Source: Candidatus Iainarchaeum sp.
GTDB taxonomy: Archaea; Iainarchaeota; Iainarchaeia; Iainarchaeales; VGJJ01
Direction: 5' to 3'
Length of the DNA stretch: 36,191 nt
NCBI GenBank assembly: GCA_043803765.1
Contig: JAZDJQ010000009.1
Span: 1 to 36,191 of the forward strand
This document shows positions 7,797-16,807 of this stretch, piece after piece. Numbering within the stretch: position 1 is the stretch's first letter; every line of letters starts with the position of its first letter. The notes beneath the pieces are model-generated. The model was not told the origin of the DNA, made no database searches, and was given only the letters and a program-made list of their open reading frames with translations. A program made the translations under genes and the position numbers.

Positions 7797-10149
7797 TCCT
7801 CGTGCCCAAATCAATCACATGATTTATCGGATTGGTGACACCATCCTCGTTCTTCTCACGCTCTAACACGTATAATGAGCCGGTTGCGGATTTCTCAATA
7901 TCAGGAGAATGAGTAATTACAAAAACCTGGTCCACAAGACCCGGCAAACGATCCCGCAACATGGAAGAAAGAGACTGAATCGATTTTGCATCCAAATTAT
8001 GCGTAGGCTCGTCCAAAATAATCCAACTCAATTGACGAGTTAAAACAAACGCAATCGCCATACGCAGTGCAAGCGCGGCCGCACTGCGTTCCCCTCCCGA
8101 AAGAGAAGATTCAGCCGAAACCCAATTACCACTACGCTCACGCACCGTTAAAACGTAATCATTCTCCTGAATCAACACTTTAGCAAGAGTGAAATCACGA
8201 TACGGATAAAGAGAAGGCCACAACTCCACTAATGCGGCATTAATCGCCTCAACAACCCCTTCACGAAGCTGCTGCTGCGTTTCAACCAAAGCACGAGAAA
8301 AAACACCCAACCCTTCCTCTACATCTGCACGAAGAAGAAGAGCCGATTCCAATTCTTTCCGCTTAGCAAGCATCGAATCAATATTCTTCAGCCTGGAAGA
8401 AAGCTCATTCTCCATCTGAACAAGCATCGAATGCTCATTCTGCAATGATTTCCACTCAAACTCAAAACGAGACCATTCCGCATGACATCCATCCCATTCT
8501 TCTTTCACATGAGAAAAAGAATCCATTAATTTTTCTCTAGATGCAATAGCATCAGTAACCCTATTCCATTCCTTTTTCATACGAAACATTTCCTCTGCAC
8601 GAGTAAAGAAATGCAAACGCGTGCGAAGAGCATCCAATTCTTCAACGGAAACAAGAGAAAGAGAAAGAATGTTTTTCTCCGCCGATTGGGATTCCGCACG
8701 GGCACGAGAAACATCATCCAAAATAGTTTGACCATCTTGCAAACGAAGAAGAACCGATTCCTGCTCTGAAATAGCCGAATCAATACCACGCAACACGGTG
8801 AGAACACCTGATTCCTCACCCACCAAGGAACGGCGGCGCGCTTCCGCAGCCTCTTCCTGCAGCAAAAAAAAATTCTTCTTCTCCACGACTGATTCAAGAA
8901 TAAGGGCAACATGCTGAGGCTGGATTTCCTGCCGGCACGTTGGACAATGAGCATGAAGAGAACGAACGTTCGACTCTTCCTTATCCAATTCATTCAATTG
9001 TGTTTGAGAAAGATGAAGAATGGATACGCATTCGGCCAACTCTTTCTGTAAAAAAAGCTGTTTTTCAACCAATTGTTTTTTTTGATTCTTTAATTGATGA
9101 AGCATGTTTTCCACTTTATCAATCGTCTCCCCCTTCGTACGAGAAGACCATTCCGCATGACGCTTCTCAGCCAATTCCAACCGCTGAAGGGCTTTCTGAT
9201 GCTGAATTTCAAGAAGACGATGCTGTTCCTGCTGACGAATAAGAAAAGCCAAACGGTCAATTGTAGAGGACTTCTCAACAAGGAGCTTTTCCAAAGAATG
9301 AGCATCCCATGAAGGATTTGATTGAGAAAAAAAATCCAATTGCGATTTAATTGATTGTGATTTTCCACGCAAAGAATGAAGTTCATGCTCAATCGATTCG
9401 CGTTCCTGCACACGACGTTTTAATTCTATTAAACGTGATTCTAATACTGCTTTTTCTTCCTTTTTTTTAGAAAGAATTAATTCAAGCGATTGACGTTTTT
9501 GTTTTTGAGATTCAATCTTGAAACGCAATGCGTTCACATCCTCATTCCCAAGCAATGCATCCAAATGAGAAAGAGATTGACGCAATCCTTCCTGGGATTT
9601 CTTGAAATGATTCATTAACGTATTCGCATTAGAACGCACCACCTCATATTTCTGCAAATCAAGCAACTCATCAAACTTCTTCTTTCTTTCTCCGGGATTG
9701 AGCTTTAGAAAATAATCCACCTGATTCTGTTCCGAATATACGGCACGAGAAAACAACTCATAGGAGACTTGCAATTCTTGTTCAATGCGCTCGGTTACTT
9801 GATTAGGCTTAGGACCGGCTAAGAGAGTATCCCCTCTATACAAACGGCCTTCATTCGCCCCGGTACGTTTAAGGATACGCTCAACACGGTATTTTTTATC
9901 ACCTATCCCAAAAGAAACACTAATTTTAGCCGTATCAGAAGGAAAAGGCTTGCGCATAAACAAATCATTCGTTGAAACGCGCCTATTCTGAAGAGCAGGA
10001 AACGTACCAAAGAGACCGTAACAAAGCGCATCCATCACACTCGACTTTCCAGAACCAATAACCCCCACTAGAACATTTGTTCCCTTCCTGAAATGCAGGG
10101 TCGTTTGACGATGAGTTTTCCAATTCTCTAATGAAATAGAATCAATCAT
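7789..10149 (-). CDS. rad50: Rad50 SMC-family ATPase
   Basis: LENWKTH, Walker A GVIGSGKSS, Q-loop YSEQ, central CPTC zinc hook, LSGGE signature, ILDEPT..LD, VITH. Confidence 0.93.
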   Translation of the reverse strand: MIDSISLENWKTHRQTTLHFRKGTNVLVGVIGSGKSSVMDALCYGLFGTFPALQNRRVSTNDLFMRKPFPSDTAKISVSFGIGDKKYRVERILKRTGANEGRLYRGDTLLAGPKPNQVTERIEQELQVSYELFSRAVYSEQNQVDYFLKLNPGERKKKFDELLDLQKYEVVRSNANTLMNHFKKSQEGLRQSLSHLDALLGNEDVNALRFKIESQKQKRQSLELILSKKKEEKAVLESRLIELKRRVQERESIEHELHSLRGKSQSIKSQLDFFSQSNPSWDAHSLEKLLVEKSSTIDRLAFLIRQQEQHRLLEIQHQKALQRLELAEKRHAEWSSRTKGETIDKVENMLHQLKNQKKQLVEKQLFLQKELAECVSILHLSQTQLNELDKEESNVRSLHAHCPTCRQEIQPQHVALILESVVEKKNFFLLQEEAAEARRRSLVGEESGVLTVLRGIDSAISEQESVLLRLQDGQTILDDVSRARAESQSAEKNILSLSLVSVEELDALRTRLHFFTRAEEMFRMKKEWNRVTDAIASREKLMDSFSHVKEEWDGCHAEWSRFEFEWKSLQNEHSMLVQMENELSSRLKNIDSMLAKRKELESALLLRADVEEGLGVFSRALVETQQQLREGVVEAINAALVELWPSLYPYRDFTLAKVLIQENDYVLTVRERSGNWVSAESSLSGGERSAAALALRMAIAFVLTRQLSWIILDEPTHNLDAKSIQSLSSMLRDRLPGLVDQVFVITHSPDIEKSATGSLYVLEREKNEDGVTNPINHVIDLGTRIS

Positions 10150-10227
10150 GAACGCTCAATATACTTACAACAATGAGACATATAAGAAAACGTCCCAAAA
10201 AAACAGGGGAATAAAAACACCCCACTA

Positions 10228-10488
10228 TTAAACGAGCGTCATGCCTTCCACTTCAACGCTTTCAACGGATGGAAGGGACTCAATCTCTTTCGTGAGGAGA
10301 TCAAGAGCACCCTCTTTCTTCTCCGGAATCATAAAACCCGCTTTTAACACCACAATACCAAAACCAATAGGGGCCTTTTGAACATCCTTACACTCCCCAT
10401 TTACGCAAGAACGAATTTCCTTCTCGCAAACACCTAAATTATCCATATCCTTAGGGTTCACCTTGAAAATAACAAACGTCTTACCCAT
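10228..10488 (-). CDS. ef1b: Translation elongation factor aEF-1beta
   Basis: FKVNP.D, PIGFGIVVLK, VESVEV; follows a zinc-ribbon gene as in other archaea. Confidence 0.9.
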   Translation of the reverse strand: MGKTFVIFKVNPKDMDNLGVCEKEIRSCVNGECKDVQKAPIGFGIVVLKAGFMIPEKKEGALDLLTKEIESLPSVESVEVEGMTLV

Positions 10489-10503
10489 GAAAAAGACCAA
10501 CCA

Positions 10504-10668
10504 TTAGGGGCCGGTATAGACCTTGCCATCTTCCATTTCACACGAATAGGGCTTGACCGACTCCCGGCAGGCCTGACAACGAACAATCTTCACCTTCAGA
10601 TTGCCGGGGCATGGAAACTCAACAAAATCAGAGACGACATGCTTATTGCAGGAAGTACATACACGCAT
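10504..10668 (-). CDS. Small zinc-ribbon protein (DUF1610 / HVO_2753-like)
   Basis: MRVCTSC...FPCP....IVRCQACR....YSC......YTGP directly upstream of ef1b. Confidence 0.85.
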   Translation of the reverse strand: MRVCTSCNKHVVSDFVEFPCPGNLKVKIVRCQACRESVKPYSCEMEDGKVYTGP

Positions 10669-10794
10669 ACTAGGGAAAACGAGTGGGAAACGATTAAAAA
10701 CAAGAGCTTTGAAGCATGGAATCGAACCCCCAAAAGATGATTTGAAAGCCATTTACGAATCCCGTTTAAGACCTTTTACCTCCCTCGTTCCTAT

Positions 10795-10812
10795 GGCCCC
10801 GTAGCTAAGTCT
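10795..10812 (+). repeat. Near-exact duplicate of the first 18 nt of tRNA-Arg
   Basis: GGCCCCGTAGCTAAGTCT vs GGCCCCGTAGCTTAGTCT at 10884-10901 (17/18 identical). Confidence 0.9.
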
Positions 10813-10883
10813 CGCCGGTTTCGTCCGGCGGCACCGAAGGACTACGGTGGGTTTTAACAAACCCACAATAGGCCAGTACGGTT

Positions 10884-10958
10884 GGCCCCGTAGCTTAGTC
10901 TGGATAGAGTGTCGGGCTTCGGACCCGAAGGTCGGGGGTTCAAATCCCTCCGGGGTCG
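10884..10958 (+). tRNA. tRNA-Arg(TCG)
   Basis: Acceptor GGCCCCG/CGGGGTC, anticodon arm TCGGG-CT TCG GA-CCCGA, T-arm GGGGG-TTCAAAT-CCCTC; no intron, CCA not encoded. Confidence 0.96.
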
Positions 10959-10961
10959 CTC

Positions 10962-11519
10962 ATGACAAATATCATCATTTTCCATGGAATAGGGGGATCT
11001 CCCCATTCCTATTGGATACCGTGGTTGAGGAATGAAATTGAGAAGGCCGGCCACACCACTCAGTCGCTCCAATTCCCACATGCGAAAAGCCCCGCGATTG
11101 AAACATGGTTATCTTTCGCACTCGAGAAATTTCACTTTACGGAGGATACCATTTTGATAGGACACTCGGCAGGAGGACCCCTCATACTAAGTATTCTGGA
11201 GAACATTCCCGTAAGAGTAAAGAAGGCAATACTCGTAGCTGGATTCTCTATGCCGCTGAAAGAAGGAAAACCGGAACCTATACTCCAAGATAATTATGAA
11301 TGGGAACGCATCAAATCTCACGCATCGAAATTCATCTTTATCAACTCCGACAACGATCCGTGGGGGTGCAACGACACGCAAGGAAGATTCATGCAGGAAA
11401 AACTAGGGGGCGAACTCATTGTATTGCACGAAGGACACATGGGATCGGATACATTTAATCAACCGTATAAGGAGTTTCCATTACTTCTAAAGCTCATTTC
11501 AGCGGATTCACTGCTTTGA
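10962..11519 (+). CDS. RBBP9/YdeN-family alpha/beta hydrolase
   Basis: IIFHGIGGSP..YWIPWL, nucleophile elbow GHSAGG, SDNDPW, GHM. Confidence 0.9.
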   Translation: MTNIIIFHGIGGSPHSYWIPWLRNEIEKAGHTTQSLQFPHAKSPAIETWLSFALEKFHFTEDTILIGHSAGGPLILSILENIPVRVKKAILVAGFSMPLKEGKPEPILQDNYEWERIKSHASKFIFINSDNDPWGCNDTQGRFMQEKLGGELIVLHEGHMGSDTFNQPYKEFPLLLKLISADSLL

Positions 11520-11910
11520 TTCCGGGAATCTTTTCAAAATCCTTCGTGTTTTCCGTATAGATTATAGAAATATCCCTATCGAGGGCCGTGTAGGCTAGAA
11601 GGGCGTCAAAAAAATCAACACCATCATCACGAGACGAAACTACTGCACGCTGCAAACCACCTATAGACTCTGATAGGATATCTGGAAAGGCAAAAGTAAA
11701 TTCTTGGATATACGCATTAATCTCAACTGCAGGCATGTTCTTGTTTACCATCACGTTTCCGAATTCCCGCAAGCATTGCTGGGCAATCACATACGCGGAG
11801 GGATTTTTCTCAACATTTTTTATGATAACTCTCGCCTTTTCATGTCGCACAATATCGTTTTTGTCAGCAAAATAAACTAGAATATTAGTGTCGATGAGTG
11901 TGCGTGGCAT
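11494..11910 (-). CDS. vapC: PIN-domain toxin (VapC family)
   Basis: LIDTNILVY, QCLREF, FFDALLAYTA, IYTENTKDF, VNPL. Confidence 0.9.
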   Translation of the reverse strand: MPRTLIDTNILVYFADKNDIVRHEKARVIIKNVEKNPSAYVIAQQCLREFGNVMVNKNMPAVEINAYIQEFTFAFPDILSESIGGLQRAVVSSRDDGVDFFDALLAYTALDRDISIIYTENTKDFEKIPGIKAVNPLK

Positions 11911-11938
11911 AGAAGTCATTCCGCAGTATAGGAGAATA

Positions 11939-12235
11939 CTATTTTTCGTCACGATCCGCTAGGATTTTTTCCAATTTCTTGAAACGAGAACCTGAATACA
12001 CGTCTTTTCGATTGAACTTTCCAATTCCCCAACTCTTGGCATTATCCGATAATTCCCACAATCGTTTCCATGCCAACTCCCTTCTATTTTGGCAGGCCAA
12101 TAATTCCAACGCTTCCTCAACCGTGGAAGAAATGGACCCCTTTTTCCCGCCCCGCTCTTTGACGAGCGCCATCAACAACTTATCCTTCTCTTCGCTTAGG
12201 GAGATCAATCGCTGCTTCATATCAACTAATGCCAT
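11939..12235 (-). CDS. Putative VapB-type antitoxin
   Basis: Small ORF upstream of the PIN gene; RHH-like ISLSEE.DKLL..L......KGSISSTVEEAL; C-terminal KFNRKDVY. Confidence 0.7.
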   Translation of the reverse strand: MALVDMKQRLISLSEEKDKLLMALVKERGGKKGSISSTVEEALELLACQNRRELAWKRLWELSDNAKSWGIGKFNRKDVYSGSRFKKLEKILADRDEK

Positions 12236-12295
12236 TCCTGCTATATATACATGTCCATATATATCTGTTTTGGAGGCGGATCGCCGAACCATGCC

Positions 12296-13672
12296 CTATT
12301 TCTTTGATAGGAACCCTTTTTGCTTAAGGATTTTCTTCAAATCCAGTTTTCCTTTTTCATTCAACTCGTATTTCACACGAACGAGGGGTTTCTTCACTTT
12401 TAATACATCTTGCAGATTAATCGGAGTTCCCGAAATCACGTAGTCGCAATCCGCATTATTGATAGTAGTTTCTAAATCCCTTATTTCTTCTTTAGAATAT
12501 CCCACCGCAGGAACCACTGCTTCAAGATGATGGTATTTGGTAAAAGCATCCTTAATGCGTCCCACAATAAAGGGACGAGGATCCACGATGATAGCCTTCT
12601 TGGTTTGTGCGAATTTGAAACCCGCACCAAAAGGCATCCCCCCATGCGTAACCGAAGGACCGTCTTCCACTACTAACACTTTTTTCCCAGCCAAACGAAT
12701 GGAACTATCGGTCGTAAGCACAGAATCGGCATGAATAATTTTTGCACGAGGATTAAAGTGATTAATGTTTTTCACTGTTGTTTTAATTTGAGCGGAATGG
12801 GCGGAATTTTCCTTGTTAATGATCACATAATCCGCCATGCGCAGATTAACCTCCCCTGGATGATACCTCATTTCATCCCCTGCACGCAGGGGGTCAACCA
12901 CTACGAATAATAAATTAGGCTGGATGAAAGAAAAATCATTGTTTCCACCATCCCACAAAATAACATCATTTTCCTTTTCTGCGAGACGAAGAATCTTCTC
13001 ATAATTGACTCCAGCATACACGGCAATACCATTTCGAATGGGTTCCTCATACTCTTCACGCTCTTCAATCGTTGTCTTATATCGTTTTAGGTCGCTTAGT
13101 TTCTTGAAACGCTCCACTTCCTGATGAATTAGATTACCATAAGGCATGGGATGACGAATGAGACCGGCACGAACGCCTGCTTTCTTTAGAATAAGAGCAA
13201 TTTTCCGAGTCGTCTGACTCTTTCCACTACCCGTGCGGACGGCACAAACGGCAATCACGGGTTTTGTTGAACGCAGCATCGTAGCACTAGGACCAAGTAA
13301 ACGAAAATTGGTTCCTGCGGCCAAACATTGAGAAGCTTTATGCATTACATACTCATGCGAAACATCCGAATAAGCAAAAATAACTTCATCCACGGAAAAC
13401 TTTTTGATTAAAGAAGTGAGCAGGGTTTCAGGAAAAATAGGAATACCATTAGGATAGAGTTTTCCTGCAAGTTTAGATGGAAATTTTCTTCCCTCAATTC
13501 CAGGAATTTGGGTAGCCGTGAAGCACACCACATCATAATAGGGATTGTTCGCATACACTTGAAAAAAATCAAAAAAATCACGACCGGCCGCCCCCATGAT
13601 AATAATCTTTTTCCGTTTTATTGGAAGAGGAGAAACCAAACTCAATTTTTTCACTGAAACCATTGCATCCAC
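12296..13672 (-). CDS. Cyclic 2,3-diphosphoglycerate synthetase-like P-loop NTPase
   Basis: IIMGAAGRDF, FTATQIP.I, AVRTGSGKSQT, RHPMPYG, TIEEREEYE, WDGGNND, VEDGP..THGGM. Confidence 0.82.
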   Translation of the reverse strand: MDAMVSVKKLSLVSPLPIKRKKIIIMGAAGRDFFDFFQVYANNPYYDVVCFTATQIPGIEGRKFPSKLAGKLYPNGIPIFPETLLTSLIKKFSVDEVIFAYSDVSHEYVMHKASQCLAAGTNFRLLGPSATMLRSTKPVIAVCAVRTGSGKSQTTRKIALILKKAGVRAGLIRHPMPYGNLIHQEVERFKKLSDLKRYKTTIEEREEYEEPIRNGIAVYAGVNYEKILRLAEKENDVILWDGGNNDFSFIQPNLLFVVVDPLRAGDEMRYHPGEVNLRMADYVIINKENSAHSAQIKTTVKNINHFNPRAKIIHADSVLTTDSSIRLAGKKVLVVEDGPSVTHGGMPFGAGFKFAQTKKAIIVDPRPFIVGRIKDAFTKYHHLEAVVPAVGYSKEEIRDLETTINNADCDYVISGTPINLQDVLKVKKPLVRVKYELNEKGKLDLKKILKQKGFLSKK

Positions 13673-13723
13673 CCGCCTTTCACTGTAAGAAAAAATCCCC
13701 TATTTTAATACACACCATACTGT

Positions 13724-15106
13724 TCACCAGAATGATTCCTTTCCACGCAAATAATGACCGAGCGATTGACAAAAAGCAGTGTCTTTTTTTGCCCATGCCA
13801 GAATATGAGACTCGGACAATGTTTCCCCTTTCTGGAGAAAAGGTTTCCATTCTTTTGATTCCGTTAGAACAAGAGCCTTCCATTCATGCGAGAGCGCTTT
13901 TCCAATCGTGTCAAGCGGACGCTTCTCAATCACAATAATTCTCCCATCCTCAATACGGGGGCCACTTATCGGAGAAGGATGCGCCTTCAAAAAACGAGCA
14001 CATGCATTTTCATCCAAAACGGGCGGGCCCATGCGTTTCTTGGAGGATTGAAGTACTGGATTTTCAACATCAAATAGAATAGCACACTTTGTCTTACCAT
14101 CCGTCCAAATGAAATAACGGCGAAAAACAAAATCATGCCGTTCTAATGCATGCGCAAACTTCTTACTAATACGGCCTAATTGACCCCACACTACATCCTC
14201 TAATATGTTACTAGGATAAGGAAATAACGTTCCTTCCCACTCTTCCCTTTTGAGCATGCGACGAATATCCGAAAGAGCAAACGCATGTTGCAAATGAGAA
14301 AAGAAAAAAGACTCAGAGGGTTTAGAAAGAAATGCACGCGCGGAAGCAACAAAACGAGAAAACTGATTAAGAGAAAGAGCACCCGCCACATTACGAGAAG
14401 GATCGGTAGGGTCTACTACCACCAAAAAAGTGGAAGAGAATGCATTCCATATGGCAGGAGCATTCGCATAATATTTTTCAACATCAACAATAGTGGGATT
14501 GCCCCACTTTGATACGTGCTGAAGAGTCGAAACAAACGTTCCATATTCCAAAATAAGAATTTCAGCGAGATAACCCGGAACGCCCTGCATTTTAACATCT
14601 GCACCGTAAACACTAACCCCTTTCATGAATTGCTTAAGAAGACGCACTTCCCCTTGTTGTTTCTTGGAAAGATGCTTACGCATATATTCCGCATGAAAAG
14701 GAGTGCGGTCCACGGCCGCCATCTTATCACGAGCCGTTTTTACCTTGTAGGTAGGAACAATTTCAACATTGAAACCATTTATTACCCCCCTAATGTAAGG
14801 ATGCTCACTATAGGCTTCCTCATGCTCATTATCACCAAAAACAGAATGACCTAGTTTCAATCCTTCTTTTTCAAAGCGTTCCCTAGAAAGTGTAGGTGGA
14901 TAAAAAACAAAAATATCCAAATCCCTATCCCCGCGAAGATGAGTATTACGGGCAATAGAACCCGCCAGAATGGCATGAAGATGCTTCCCCTTCGTGGATT
15001 TGATTTTACGAATGAGAAAGCGAGCCATTTTTTCCTCAGCGGTGAGATCCACAGGAGAAGGAGTAATCCGTTTCAGGACACTACGCAAAAGAACAGGGGA
15101 AACCAT
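13724..15106 (-). CDS. cca: Archaeal (class I) CCA tRNA nucleotidyltransferase
   Basis: GSIARNTHLRGDRDLDIF, YSEHPY, VEIVP, AVDRTPFH, VRLLKQFMKG..VYGA, DPTDPSRNVA. Start trimmed to ATG 15106. Confidence 0.95.
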   Translation of the reverse strand: MVSPVLLRSVLKRITPSPVDLTAEEKMARFLIRKIKSTKGKHLHAILAGSIARNTHLRGDRDLDIFVFYPPTLSRERFEKEGLKLGHSVFGDNEHEEAYSEHPYIRGVINGFNVEIVPTYKVKTARDKMAAVDRTPFHAEYMRKHLSKKQQGEVRLLKQFMKGVSVYGADVKMQGVPGYLAEILILEYGTFVSTLQHVSKWGNPTIVDVEKYYANAPAIWNAFSSTFLVVVDPTDPSRNVAGALSLNQFSRFVASARAFLSKPSESFFFSHLQHAFALSDIRRMLKREEWEGTLFPYPSNILEDVVWGQLGRISKKFAHALERHDFVFRRYFIWTDGKTKCAILFDVENPVLQSSKKRMGPPVLDENACARFLKAHPSPISGPRIEDGRIIVIEKRPLDTIGKALSHEWKALVLTESKEWKPFLQKGETLSESHILAWAKKDTAFCQSLGHYLRGKESFW

Positions 15107-15128
15107 GCAGGAAAACCCACCAATCGGC

Positions 15129-15138
15129 TTAATATAAT
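15129..15138. promoter_or_regulatory. Shared TATA-like element between divergent cca and pilus ATPase
   Basis: TTAATATAAT near the centre of a 51-bp gap between two opposite start codons. Confidence 0.55.
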
Positions 15139-15157
15139 CCATTGCCATCCCCTCCAA

Positions 15158-16723
15158 ATGGAGAGGGAAATACCGTCCGTGCGCGGGGTAGTATTGGAAC
15201 AAAGCCCGTATGCCATCATCAAAGAGGGATTCCCCTACAATGAGTATTTGACACAAGAGGAACCCTTCACACAAGATGAAATAAAAATGGCGGCCCAATT
15301 AGCAGGAGCACTCAATCGAAGTATTCATACAGACGAATGGCTAAACCAACTTGGAAAAATGATAGGCAAATCATTTCCAAGCGCATTCAAAATAAGAATT
15401 CTCTCACTATCCGATTCAATGGAAGTAGTAGAAAAATTACCAACACAAAAAGAATATGACACGCTGCGGGAAAAACTAGAAGAACTATTAAACGAATTCA
15501 AACCAAACGTGAATGACATACCACGATTCGTAGGAAAAGTATTAGACGATGGAATAGGATATGGTTTCATCGGAACACCCATGCGAGACCCCGAATTGGA
15601 AGAAATAATGGTGAATGGAACACAACGGAACATTTTCGTATACCACCGAAAACACGGAATGTGCAAAACGGATTTGCTCATAGAAGGACATGACCAAAAC
15701 ATGGGGCGCATCATTGACAAAGCAGCCAATTATGCAGGCAGAACATTTGGAGAAAAAGAACCATTGCTCGACGCACGATTGCCCGATGGTTCACGACTCA
15801 ATGCAACATTTGAAACGATAACACCGTTTGGCCGCTCGCTCACGATACGAAAATTTACTGCTGAAAGCTTTTCCATAATCGACCTCATTGCAAAGGGAAC
15901 ACTATCAACCGAACTGGCAGCATTCCTATGGACCATGGTAGAAGGAATGAATGTTCAACCCATGAACCTCATCGTAACAGGAGGAGCAGGATGCGGAAAA
16001 ACATCGTTACTGAATGCACTATCCTCCGTCATACGGTATCGAGAACGCATCATCACCATCGAGGACACGACCGAACTGCAATTCCAACACAGGGAAAACT
16101 GGGTATCCCTCGAATCAAAACCACGAATAGGAAGCATGCGAGGAACAAGCATGAACGACCTATTAACCAATGCCATGCGCATGCGACCCGACCGCATCAT
16201 CGTAGGAGAAGTACGAGGAGAAGAAGCCCAAACCCTTTTCGTAGCAATGGACACAGGACACCAAGGAATACTCGGAACATTACACTCCAACACGGCACGA
16301 GAGATGTTGGTCCGCTTAACTACTGAACCGATGAATGTACCCCAATCATTATTGCACTTACTCAATCTTATTGTAGTATTACAAAGAGTACACGACCCAA
16401 AAAGAGGAATGCAACGAAGAGTAATGCAAGTAGCTGAAGTATCCCACTTAGATAAAAATGTACTGTTATCCAACCTCTTTGAACGAAACCCCGACACGGA
16501 TGTAGTGTTGCGAACGGATACACCTTCTCATATCATGCAAGAACTAGCGGACATTTCAGGAAAAGGAAAACAGCACATCATGCGTGAAATAGAAGTACGG
16601 GAAAAAATACTAGAATGGATGCTCAAACACCACATTCATCAGTCCGGAGACGTAGAGAAAGTCATCCAAGAATACTACTTTGACCCTACTGCGGTATTAG
16701 AACAAATCAATAAAGAGTTATGA
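15158..16723 (+). CDS. CpaF/VirB11-family type IV pilus/secretion ATPase
   Basis: DPELEEIMVNG, DARLPDGSRLNA, LTIRKF, GGAGCGKTS, TIEDTTEL, RMRPDRIIVGEVRGEEA, TGH....TLH. Start trimmed to ATG 15158. Confidence 0.93.
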   Translation: MEREIPSVRGVVLEQSPYAIIKEGFPYNEYLTQEEPFTQDEIKMAAQLAGALNRSIHTDEWLNQLGKMIGKSFPSAFKIRILSLSDSMEVVEKLPTQKEYDTLREKLEELLNEFKPNVNDIPRFVGKVLDDGIGYGFIGTPMRDPELEEIMVNGTQRNIFVYHRKHGMCKTDLLIEGHDQNMGRIIDKAANYAGRTFGEKEPLLDARLPDGSRLNATFETITPFGRSLTIRKFTAESFSIIDLIAKGTLSTELAAFLWTMVEGMNVQPMNLIVTGGAGCGKTSLLNALSSVIRYRERIITIEDTTELQFQHRENWVSLESKPRIGSMRGTSMNDLLTNAMRMRPDRIIVGEVRGEEAQTLFVAMDTGHQGILGTLHSNTAREMLVRLTTEPMNVPQSLLHLLNLIVVLQRVHDPKRGMQRRVMQVAEVSHLDKNVLLSNLFERNPDTDVVLRTDTPSHIMQELADISGKGKQHIMREIEVREKILEWMLKHHIHQSGDVEKVIQEYYFDPTAVLEQINKEL

Positions 16724-16807
16724 CGCATCAGGGAAAATGAAGGGAGAGAACGGGGCCTTGTTGAGAGAACGGCACGGGTTTATAATAACCAAATGAGTCA
16801 TAGGAAA

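Noticed and set aside
10717-10730. Minus-strand GGGGGTTCGATTCC T-arm-like motif
   Set aside because: Stem pairs only 2 bp and there is no surrounding cloverleaf.
10795-10883. Group I intron, hammerhead, or trans-splicing partner of the 5751-5805 RNA
   Set aside because: Too short for a group I core and GACTA lacks a TAGTC partner; no CTGATGA; acceptor strands and flanks are not complementary to the 5.8-kb RNA.
14939-15298. Apparent 360-bp head-to-head overlap of cca and ATPase
   Set aside because: Artifact of longest-ORF starts; family similarity begins near 15106 and 15158 with a TATA element between.
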